This document shows positions 25,285-34,817 of a stretch of 64,000 nucleotides of DNA, piece by piece. How positions within the stretch are numbered: position 1 is the stretch's first letter; each line of letters opens with the position of its first letter. Location: contig NW_008246071.1 in assembly GCF_000281045.1 (NCBI RefSeq), positions 128,350 to 192,349 of the forward strand. Reading direction: 5' to 3'. The notes under the pieces are model-generated. The model searched no databases and had not been told where the DNA came from. It saw nothing but the letters and a program-made list of their open reading frames with translations. This stretch comes from Saprolegnia diclina VS20 (taxonomy: Eukaryota). The position numbers and the translations under genes were made by a program.

Positions 25285-25837
25285 ATGATGGGCTTGACCC
25301 AGGATGAGGCGACGCAGGTGCTGCGCTGCGTCTCCCAGCTCCAAGCCGAGTTGCCGCTGCAAAAGGCCAAGCTCAGGGTACAGTGCAGTGCTATTACTGC
25401 ATGTATATCGTCGCTGCTCGTAGAGGCTAAAGGACCTGCTCGTGGCGCGGGACCCATGGCTCGTCGGGCTTGTCCAAGCCGTGGTCGCGACCCAGTCAAG
25501 CCTCTTGCCATGTCGGACAAACCCTTCTCATATCTGAAGCGACGTTCTGATGATCACCGTAGATTTGCGCGTCTTCCTTTTGATGCTGCCCGGCGACGCG
25601 TCGCGGACTCGGCGCGCCGACGGCTGCGACCCAATGTGCCTGGATCTCCTACTGACGCTGGTTGGATGTACCGGTATACTACGAGTATGGGCTCACTTGG
25701 CAATGTCGGTTTCTAGTTTCCCATTTCGCCAGACGTGGCAGCCGACGCGCTGGCTGCGTGCGCGCAGGACGTTGTCCTTGCCATCCTCGACCTCGACGCC
25801 GACCATCCTCGTGTCTTCAACGACCAGAGCTGCTAAG
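25285..25837 (+). CDS. Hypothetical small multi-exon protein; structure uncertain
   Basis: Coding-like segments (MGLTQDEATQVLRCVSQLQAEL, RLKDLLVARDPWLVGL, DVAADALAACAQDVVLAILDL) separated by GT-AG candidates. No family recognised. Confidence 0.35.
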
Positions 25838-26017
25838 ATCTTAGTCATGTATCGCTCATCCGAAAGAGCCACGTTGCACCACGCGCCGACTCCGTCAAGG
25901 CTGCCCGAGCCGCGTGGTGCCTCATGTTATATAACCTTTTGCTCGACGTTTAGGAAAAGTACCAGCAGGCTCGGATTAAATACAGGACATCTCTACGTAA
26001 AGCAATGTACACCGAAG

Positions 26018-27193
26018 TTACAAGACAGCGACGCTCGACTCGCGGTGCGACACGATGGCCGCGAGGTTGAAGTCGCTGTCAAAGTCGTTCTCCTTGTCCA
26101 TGCGCTGCTTGCGCTTGATGACGACGATCGCGATTGCGACGGCGCCGACAGCCACGGCGCACGCAGCACCGAGCACGATGATCAGCGGCGACGTGCCAGT
26201 GGGATCCGCCGAGCTCTGGTTGGACACCTCGACAATCGGCGGCGACGGAGTCGTGGCGCGCGTGGACGGCACAGGCGTGGCATCGCTCTCAAGCCGGGCT
26301 CCCTCGCTCGGCACCGGGATCGTCGTCGTCGTCGGAGCCGTCGTAGCGTTGACAGACATCGTGGTGGATGCAGGCGGTGTTGTCGTCGGTGCGTCAGTCG
26401 GGGCGGGCGTCGGGGCAAGAGTTGGGGCGGGTGTCGGAGCTGGTGTCGGGGCAGGCGTCGGAGCCGGCGTCGGGGCAGGCGTCGGAGCTGGTGTCGGCGC
26501 AGAGGTGGGAGCTGGGCCAGGGGCGGGACCACCGCCAAACTGGACACTGGTGGTCGCGCAGCCTTCACCACTCAGATCGACGGTCGCTGAGACGGCGCTG
26601 CCGCCGCCCGCGGGCGAGAGGGACACAAGGACGTTGCTGAGGTCGATCTCGGGGACGCTTTCAACGATAAAGTAGAAGGCTGACGCGACCATCTTGGTGG
26701 GGGACCCGTTGATCGAGACGGACCCGACACCAGTCCGTGTGTTGGTCGGCTGGAGCGCGAGCCAGTGGTTGTTGCTTCCCGCCTTCTTGCAGATCGAGAT
26801 CGGGTCCGAGATCGGGCACGGCACGAAGGACCACGTCATCTTGAGGCGGCCGGGCTCGATACCGTTCGTGAGCTTCCGGAAGACCTCGGGCGAGATGTCA
26901 ATGTCTTCGTCCATGCAGCCGGGGCATTGGTCGACGACGTACAACGTCTCGGTGGCCGTCGCACCCGCGCACGCACTGTCGCTGCACTTGGCCTGGATGC
27001 ACATGCCGCAGCCCCGCGTGTTGTCAAAGAACTTAGGGGCAAGCGCCACGTAGTGGGTCGTTGCCGCGGCCGGGTACTTCATGAAGTTGCAGTTGCCCGT
27101 CTTGGGGTCCGAGAGGTGGTAGCCCGTGCCGTCGCCCGTGAAGCCAGCCACGGTCGCGGCGCCGGCGAGAAGAAAGCCGAAGAAGCGCATCAT
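26018..27193 (-). CDS. Expansin-like protein (DPBB plus CBM63-like domain) with Pro/Thr linker and C-terminal transmembrane helix
   Basis: Signal peptide, FTGDGTGY...[21 protein letters not shown]...[29 protein letters not shown], (PTPA)n and [25 protein letters not shown] followed by KRK. Confidence 0.88.
   Translation of the reverse strand: MMRFFGFLLAGAATVAGFTGDGTGYHLSDPKTGNCNFMKYPAAATTHYVALAPKFFDNTRGCGMCIQAKCSDSACAGATATETLYVVDQCPGCMDEDIDISPEVFRKLTNGIEPGRLKMTWSFVPCPISDPISICKKAGSNNHWLALQPTNTRTGVGSVSINGSPTKMVASAFYFIVESVPEIDLSNVLVSLSPAGGGSAVSATVDLSGEGCATTSVQFGGGPAPGPAPTSAPTPAPTPAPTPAPTPAPTPAPTPAPTLAPTPAPTDAPTTTPPASTTMSVNATTAPTTTTIPVPSEGARLESDATPVPSTRATTPSPPIVEVSNQSSADPTGTSPLIIVLGAACAVAVGAVAIAIVVIKRKQRMDKENDFDSDFNLAAIVSHRESSVAVL
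26390..26530 (-). repeat. 12-bp coding tandem repeat (PAPT)n, a mucin-like linker
   Basis: Repeated gtcggggcaggc/gtcggagctggt units on the + strand, translating to [12 protein letters not shown]. Confidence 0.85.
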
Positions 27194-28187
27194 GGCGGCA
27201 GAAAGGGAAATGGAACGAGCGAGCGAGACCAGTCGCTGAACGACCGAGGCGAGTGCCAGCGTGTAGCGCAGGCGTTGCTCACACGACGTATCGCAGCAGG
27301 TTGAATGTGCGCATCGATGGACAGGCTAAATGCACCCAACGGTTTCGCATGATTGCTATCAACCCCACGGTGCAAAACCACGACTGCGACCTCTCGTCGA
27401 GTGTGCCTGATTAGCTACATTGTATGTATTCCAGAGCCACGAGCCAGAGCCACGGCTACCAAATACCTCCTTCCTCGTCGAGTGCTTGGTTGGCGCAACC
27501 CGAAGGCTACCACAGAACACTCTGGATCGCGATCGGACTGCATCTCGGGACAGTCTCCTTCGTGTCAGACCAATGCAAGTAGCTTCCTCTGGAGCGCTGA
27601 CATCTCTGCGGGCGTTATGGGATCTGCCGCTGTCTCGAGCCGGGGATATCTCGACCTGGTCCCTTGTTCCATGCGATCATCTTGGCCATAAAAATAGGCA
27701 CCCAACGACGGGAGCGACACACGACCCACGCATCCGCGCCGCGTCCTTTGCGCGGCGACGCGAGCGCGGTGTCTAAGGCGCCATGCGACGGCTGAGATAC
27801 TCTTTCGACAACTACGTGGCAACGCTACGGCTTCGAGTAGCAAACACAGCACGCAGCGCAATAGAGTGGCGTGTGATTAGCCACTCGGCGCGCGATTCCG
27901 ACGTGCGGGGTGGAAAGATGATCGGCCGAGCGGTATACAAAATCCAAGACACCGCGCGTCATTGATACCACCAGCATATCCGGATCCGGTTGGGTTTCGG
28001 CCTGTCGACACGCGCCAGCGATGGCGACTTTGCACATTCTTGAAGCATGGAAGCTTCCGCGATGGCATCTGCTTGTCATGTGCACCATCGTTGCACGACG
28101 AGTTTGTTGCACTTGGGCAGGCAGGAGGACGAGGATGCATCGGAGGAGCTCGAGACGTGGTCCGTTGAGCTAAAGATAGAAAGCTCC

Positions 28188-29361
28188 ATGAACGCTGCCG
28201 AGCTGCGCGCGATCCGCGAGGCCTTCAATGCGCGGTATGCGACCAAACGGCCGTGGCCGCTTCGCATCGCCAAGCCCGTTGTGGCGCTGCCGCCGGCCAC
28301 TCTTCCTACTGCTATAACCACTACAAGTAATGCATTGGCGGCGTCTCGGCCGCCCAGCCCCGTGCGCGCGCCGCCTGTCTTTGAGAGTGTCGCCTTTTGC
28401 CTCCGCGAGACCATCAACCGTGGGTTTGGGTTCCTCTTTGACCGCATTGGTAACTCGATGGTGGTCCTGCGTGTCGACGACGCCGCCCTCTCGCTCACGC
28501 CAGGTAGAATGACGAATGGTTGTACGCCATCGAGTCGTCTTCCGTGGTAGGCAGCGTGCTCATCTCGATTGACGGCCGTGTCGTCGATCTCGACGGGACG
28601 CAAGGGATCATCATGGACGATGCTGCGTATCCGACGGACGACGCCAAGCGCGAGGGCATCCAGCTTCAAGTGACTGCCTCCTGCCTTATCTGTCCCATCC
28701 CAAGCGCCTCGTACGATAGATGATCAACCTCTTCAAGGCCCATGGCGTCACAGCCAAAACGACGTCGACGTGTGTCGCGAGGTTCGTATCGGCGCCCATC
28801 TTGCTCGCGCAAGTCGAGAAGCTCCATCCCCGCAGTCGACTGCAGCGCTGGGGCCGCGTCTTCCTCAAGCTCGAATGCGGCTACCTCAATTGGTTCACGA
28901 CCGAGGAGGCGGCCAAGGCGACGAATGTCGAGATGCTTCAGCACTCGGTCGTGTCGTTTGTCGTCGTACACTGCGACGTCACAGCGCATGGGGACGTCGG
29001 CTTTGTCGTCTCGGAGCACGCACCCGTTTCGCCCGAGCGGCCGCCAACGACCGCCGATTCTACCGAGGTAGCCATGGGCCCAGGTCAAGCGCCATTGGAA
29101 CACATCGCATGCGATGACGAAGACGACGAGGACGACGAGGACAAAGAAGCAAAGGAGAATCTCGCGTTGTTGGAAGCCGCGCTGCCCAAGTCCAAGTACA
29201 TTCTACCCAAGCGCGTCATTGCCAAAGCGCCGCGGTCGGCAACGTTTCGCGTGTCGTCGACCGCGCTCCGCGACGAGTGGCTGCGCCAGATTCGTGCTGC
29301 GCAGAACTTCCGCGCCGAGGACTTTATGTCTACGGATGCAGCTGTAGACGCGACCCCGTAA
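28188..29361 (+). CDS. Hypothetical protein with a PDZ-like segment and a PH-like domain, multi-exon
   Basis: RGFGFLFDRIGNSMVVLRV...VGSVLISIDGRVV is PDZ-like. RWGRVFLKLECGYLNWF...FRVSSTALRDEWLRQIRAAQ is PH-like with an acidic insert. Confidence 0.6.
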
Positions 29362-30574
29362 TCGAGTAACGTGACGCGTTGGCGTCCAGCGTCAGCGTCG
29401 TGACGCCGAGAAACACACTGCTGTCGCTGTAGACAGCGGTCGGCATGGGACTTGTTGACGGCGTCGCGTCCATGACATCGCCCAATGGCCACAGAAGCGC
29501 TTGGCCGTTGCGCCAGACACGCTCGACGGCGGGCGACATGTGAATTCGCGGCAGGTGCTGAAGGAGGGCTTCCGGTGGCGTCAACACCAAAGTTCCATCC
29601 TATCAACTGTTTAGCGATCTCGAACGCTCGGTGTGCAGCGTACCTGGACGCCGCGCTCGACTTGCTCGAGCGTCACGCTCGACTCGTGCGTGAGGCCGTT
29701 GCTGCGTGTGCGGTGGAGCGCGGCGAGCGTCGCGCCGGCGGGGATGTCGCCGTTCTGCACGAGAAGCACCTCGCCGCACTCGCGCGCAATCGACCGGATG
29801 TACGTGCCCTCGCTGCAGTCGACCGAGATCGTCGCCTGCAGTGCCAGCGATCATTGAGGCCGTGTACATGGCGGGAGAAGAGGGACCTCGGGGTAGTCGC
29901 CGGGCGTAAATGTGTGCAGCTGAATGCTATTGACCGTCACGTGCCGCAGGGGCACGTCCTCCAGCGTCGCCTGAGCATGATGAGCAAATGGCGCTGTATA
30001 CGATAGAGCTCGTACTTTGCCGGTGCGGGCCAAGTGGTAAAGCCGCTCGCCGTCGACGCGGATCGCGCTGACCACCGGCGGGCGCTGGATGATGTTGCCG
30101 ACAAACCTAGGCGTCGTCATGTTGCATGCAGAAGCTGTAGGGACGGAAGCGCACCCTCGAAGTGCAGCCTCGACGCGGGCGTGTGTCAGCTCGGGCACAG
30201 GGCACTCGAGGAGAACGATGCTACAACAAGAGGTGGCTGGATCAGCTCGGTTGCATGGCGCTGGCGGCGACGCACCCCGTAATGTCGTCCGAGTCGGTCG
30301 TCACGCCGAACCGGATCGTCCCGTCGTAGGCCTTGGCCTTGTGCAAGAACTACGCGCCATGGGCTTGGATAAGATGCGGTCGATGCCGTCGAAGGACCTG
30401 GATGAACTTGGTCGCGCGGTTCACAGCGATCGGGAGGACGCCCGTGGCCATCGGATCGAGCGTTCCTGCGTGGCCAATGTGCTTGGTCTTGAGGAGGTAG
30501 CGCAGCTTGGCGACGCACGCGTGCGACGTCATGCCCTTTGGCTTGCACAGGTTCAGGAAGCCATGCTCGAGCAT
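29330..30574 (-). CDS. truB: tRNA pseudouridine-55 synthase, bacterial TruB type, multi-exon
   Basis: [64 protein letters not shown] and [15 protein letters not shown]. The last exon corresponds to ORF 29330-29590. Confidence 0.9.
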
Positions 30575-30655
30575 CCTGCGCAATGGACGGTCAGATAATC
30601 AATGGCAAGGATGAAAACACCCAACTTTGACCAAGATACGCCAAAACGAGAGGTT

Positions 30656-31684
30656 TTATTGTTCGGGTTCCTGCTTGCTAGTACTGTTGGCATCCGACTT
30701 GCCACGCCCACGACGGCCACGGCCCGTCGACGGTCGACCGTCCCGCTCGCCGTCTTGCTTGGCTTCACCATTGGTCGGCGCCGTGTCGGGTCGGGGAACA
30801 CGGATGTTCCGCCGCGGCGCCCGCTCGCTCTTGGCCGGCGTGGCATCGGCTTCGGCCGCCGTGGCGTCGTTGCTCGCAGCAGCCAGTTGGGCAGGCTGGG
30901 TCGAACCACGGCGCGATCCACGACGTGCCGGTCGATCGACAGGTGTGCCATTTGCCGTGCTGCCCGAATGTTCACCAACCGAGCTACGCTCGTTCGATTG
31001 CTTTCGGGGCTTGCGCGATTGACTGCCCTTCTTCAAGGCGACTTCTGGAGCAGCACCATCGTCAACAGCACTATCATCCACGGGTACCGGATCTGCCAAA
31101 GCCCGAGGCTTCTTGTCGCGTCGCTTCTTGGGCGCCGGTGTCTTCTCTTCGACGGCCTCGGGCAACGGAGTTGTCTCTTCCATGTCCGGCGTGGCGATGG
31201 CCTGTCGTGCTGGGTGGGGCTTGCGGTGCTTGGAGGCGCCATTCGACGGCGATGGTGTGTTATTCTTCTGGGGCTCGCGGGCCATCTGGCGCGGCGACAA
31301 GGGCTGCGTGTAGCTGGCGTCCGCCGTGTTGATCTTGGTTGCATCCGTGCTGAGGTGAATCGAAATCGCCGAAACACGCTGGGGCACCTTGACCACGTCG
31401 AGACCTTCTTCCAGAGGCTCGTAGATCTCTTCGATGCTGACAGTCGAAATGTGGACCACCGAGTGCACACCCGCCAGCGTCGACTTCACCATCTCGGCCA
31501 CAGTCACGGCGTTGACGATGGCCGTGTCGTGGGCGGTCACGACGACAGGGCCGTTCCGCAGCAGCTTCTTCACGATCGCGAGGTACTTCTTCTTGTCGTG
31601 GTATCCACGAGCGAGCTCGCCGACAAGGACTTCGTTGGGCGCAGAGGGCTTGGTCGTCGGCTTGGCCTTGCGGTACTTGTCCAT
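30656..31684 (-). CDS. Alba/Rpp25-like nucleic-acid-binding protein with disordered Arg/Gly-rich tail
   Basis: MDKYRKAK...PNEVLV, AIVNAVTVAEMVKSTLAGVHSVVHISTVSIEEIYEPLEEGLDVVKVPQRVSAISIHLS matches the Alba fold. C-terminal GRGRRGRG. Confidence 0.8.
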   Translation of the reverse strand: MDKYRKAKPTTKPSAPNEVLVGELARGYHDKKKYLAIVKKLLRNGPVVVTAHDTAIVNAVTVAEMVKSTLAGVHSVVHISTVSIEEIYEPLEEGLDVVKVPQRVSAISIHLSTDATKINTADASYTQPLSPRQMAREPQKNNTPSPSNGASKHRKPHPARQAIATPDMEETTPLPEAVEEKTPAPKKRRDKKPRALADPVPVDDSAVDDGAAPEVALKKGSQSRKPRKQSNERSSVGEHSGSTANGTPVDRPARRGSRRGSTQPAQLAAASNDATAAEADATPAKSERAPRRNIRVPRPDTAPTNGEAKQDGERDGRPSTGRGRRGRGKSDANSTSKQEPEQ

Positions 31685-32230
31685 CGCGTCCGTCCTCACA
31701 AAATGGTTTGTCCCTTCGCTCCCTGCCGGATAAACAGTCCACCCTGTTCATGAATAGCTTTCTTTTTGTATACAGCAACGGGGCATAGATGATTGGCTGC
31801 TTTGTATCCGGATGAAAGATTGGAATCAAACGTCTTCTTATTTGTATGCAATACTTGGCCCAAGCTAATGGTTGTTTTCGGCATGCCGCGGCAAGGGTGC
31901 CACTTTTTCGAGTCCGATGCCGAAAAGAGAGTGGGAGAGTGAAGAGAGAGGATACTCATCTTACGTGGCAGCCTGGGCAGCGCTGAAATTTGCGCTCCAA
32001 TGACACTGACAATTTCAGCACGTTTGGTCGCAAACTGCCGTATATTCGCTCTACTTACTATCTAGACGATGGCTACGGGAGAACTAGTACCATCCCTCGA
32101 GGTCGCAGAGTCCATGAGGAGCCAAGAGAGTCCATGAGGAGCCAAGAGAGTACGCACCTCCTAAAAATACCAAAAGGCACCGGCGGTTAGCAAACTGGTG
32201 GGTGGTCGTGACACTGTCCAGTACGACAAT

Positions 32231-32791
32231 ATGATCAAGCACAACGTAGCAATAAGCTACTCGCGCGCCGACATTCCGGAGCTGCAGAGCAAGATTGAGC
32301 AAGCCAAGCAGGTCGTCGCGGATCGCTACGCCAAGGTTAGCGCTCTTGAGGCGCAGAACGCTGCGAGCCAAGCCAAAATCCAGCAGCTTGAGAAGGACGC
32401 CGAATCGGTCGCACTTCTCAAGGAAGAGGCGATGCTCGGGCGACACAAGCTGCAGCGCCGCTTCTCTGATGTCGGTGGCCACGAAGAGACGCTCAAAATA
32501 CTCATTTCAGCGCTTGCAGAGACGAAAGCGGAGGTCGCTCGCTTGCGCCGTACGACGCCTCCTGTGATAGGCGACCAACTCACGTGGTATTGGCTCTTAG
32601 AGGAGAAGGCGCATTTGGTCAACGGTCGAAAAGACATGGAGAAGGAGGTAGCGGGCCTTCAGGGCGCTATCGCCAAGTCCCAAGCCAAGAGCGAGTCGTA
32701 CAAACAAGTGTACAACCAGGTAGTGACCAAGCAGCGGGACGTGGAGGCCAAGCTGCACCAGATCGCGACCTTCTTGACGGCCACAACATAA
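32231..32791 (+). CDS. Hypothetical coiled-coil protein; start uncertain
   Basis: Open ~190-codon frame with heptad pattern and host-like codon use. No family recognised. Confidence 0.55.
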   Translation: MIKHNVAISYSRADIPELQSKIEQAKQVVADRYAKVSALEAQNAASQAKIQQLEKDAESVALLKEEAMLGRHKLQRRFSDVGGHEETLKILISALAETKAEVARLRRTTPPVIGDQLTWYWLLEEKAHLVNGRKDMEKEVAGLQGAIAKSQAKSESYKQVYNQVVTKQRDVEAKLHQIATFLTATT

Positions 32792-33190
32792 TCAGAAGTA
32801 GTGGATAGTTTTTTTGGTTTATGGTTTATCGTCGACAATCGACCTCATAAGTTATCGTTGATGGTGTGTGCTTTTTCTATAACGACAGCGCACGTAGAGC
32901 GCCGTCATTTCAAACAAAAGCAAGTTGGTTTCGGCGGAATATAAGTTTTAACCGGAGTCCGTGCGATGGTGGCGCAGAACCACCGGGCGAATTCGCCAAC
33001 GTGTTTTAGTATCTGCTACTAGTATGTCGCTGATGAGAATGTACGATACCTTTCCAAGACAACAATCAGTCGGGCGCTGTTCGTCATCTAACTATAGAAG
33101 CATCGCGGGGTCGCTATGGCATTACTTTTGACCGCTTGGTACAGGTTGGATTCACCAGGCGGAGATACCGAATGCACGTTCGTTCTCTTG

Positions 33191-33265
33191 CTCGCTACGA
33201 CTACGGGATCTACTCGCTCCGACTACGGGATCTACTCGCTCCGACTACGGGATCTACTCGCTACG
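33191..33265. repeat. 22-bp tandem repeat, ~3.4 copies (CTCGCT[A/C]CGACTACGGGATCTA)
   Basis: Seen directly. Head-to-tail with no spacers. Confidence 0.9.
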
Positions 33266-33630
33266 GCCGTAAAATCGACGAATGAGATGGAGGTGCCGAG
33301 GCAAAAACCAACGTCCCCATCCTGACCAACCACTGTTTGTCCGGAAAAACTCCGGGGTTGGCCGCTCGAATCGGAGGTGGTGCAGCAAGAAGAGACGCTC
33401 GCTGCAATCGAGACACGGGCTGCTGGGGCTCGAGTGGGGTGGGCTTGCTCATCGCGAAGAGCATTTTCGGTTTGATGCAGCGCAATGCGCGTCATATTCT
33501 GCAGTTCCCTGGATCGAGACTGATGGTTAGCACAGAAGACGGCGTGTGTATTACGATAGCACTGCATCGGTAAGGATGCTGTGCCGCCAATAAGCCCGTC
33601 GGCGTCTGCATATGGCCTACTGTGTACACT

Positions 33631-34344
33631 CTATCTCTTAACCCACTGAAATTGCTTGCGCGCCTTCTTCTGACCGGGCTTCTTGCGTTCGACCATTCTC
33701 GGGTCACGCGTCATGAAGCCAGCCTTCTTGAGCGGCGCGCGGTTGTCCGGGTTATACTTCTCCAGCGCGCGACTGATGCCGTGGCGCACGGCGCCGGCCT
33801 GGCCGCTGAGGCCACCGCCGCGGACGTTGGCCATCACGTCGAAGTGACCGAGGCGCTTGATCTCGAGGAACGGAAGGAGGAGCTCGTGGCGGTGCGTGTC
33901 GCGCGTAAAGTAGTCGACCATGTCCATCTTGTTGATGCGGACCGTGCCCTTGCCCTCTTCGGCGGCGGGCTTGATCCACACACGCGCATTGCTCGTCTTG
34001 CGGCGGCCCGTGCCATACGCACGGCCAAGCTCGTCAATCTCGACAACGCGCGTGATCTGGAGCGCAGCGTGCGCTTCCTGGCGCTTGCGGCGCGCCTCGA
34101 GCTTCTCTTCTTCCTTGAGGTCGATGACCGTGCGGACGGCCTGGAGCCACGTCGCGGTACCATCCTCCGTCGCCGCGTCGAGGTCGCCGTTGAAGCCGAG
34201 CCACGTGTCCGGGTCGGTCTCGTCGTCGTCTTCGACAGGCGTCTTGCTGTCGTCGCCCTTGGCGCTCGTCGAGAAGGCTGCGCTGGTCACGCGCACCACG
34301 GGGCGCGCGGTCAGGCGCAAGCCGGCCACCGCTCGAGCCAACAT
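33631..34344 (-). CDS. MRPS9: Mitochondrial ribosomal protein S9 (uS9m)
   Basis: Presequence MLARAVAGLRL, AYGTGRRKTSNARVW, GGGLSGQAGAVRHGISRAL and TRDPRMVERKKPGQKKARKQFQWVKR. Confidence 0.95.
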   Translation of the reverse strand: MLARAVAGLRLTARPVVRVTSAAFSTSAKGDDSKTPVEDDDETDPDTWLGFNGDLDAATEDGTATWLQAVRTVIDLKEEEKLEARRKRQEAHAALQITRVVEIDELGRAYGTGRRKTSNARVWIKPAAEEGKGTVRINKMDMVDYFTRDTHRHELLLPFLEIKRLGHFDVMANVRGGGLSGQAGAVRHGISRALEKYNPDNRAPLKKAGFMTRDPRMVERKKPGQKKARKQFQWVKR

Positions 34345-34817
34345 CGCAACTTGAAATCGAGGTTTGTGGGGCATTCGAATGGTCAAAAGAAACCAGCCAA
34401 TCACAGGAGACGGCTAAACGCACGCCTCTTTAGCCCGCGACGCGCTCGATCCTCACTGCTCGCTCGCTGCGATCGTATCTCGGCATGGCTCGCCAGATAC
34501 AAGGCCAAGGTACACGGTTGCGCAGGTTGCAGTGCGCGGTGCCCGTCGTCGGCGAGCGCGTCCAAGGGTATCCCGTCCTGGGCAGTGTAGCAAGGCGGCG
34601 GCGGGAAAACCTCTTACAATGAATATCGCGCCCAAGAGGTTGCGCACGTGAAATTACTGGAGGTGGCGCCGTTCAGTCTACAGAGGGAGCAGAATTTTGT
34701 TTTTTAATGACGGGGTTTTAGGTGTGAAGAAGTATATTTTTATTGCGCATGTTCAGTTAGAAGAGGGAATATTGGGCTTGTCCCGGTTGCCATTGATTGC
34801 CCCATTTCCAAGCGACC

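Noticed and set aside
27200..28180. Short ORFs between the expansin and PH-like genes
   Set aside because: No coding signal or motifs. Consistent with a divergent promoter region.
33191..33265. Short repeats superficially like a CRISPR array
   Set aside because: Head-to-tail with no unique spacers, no cas genes, and a eukaryotic context.
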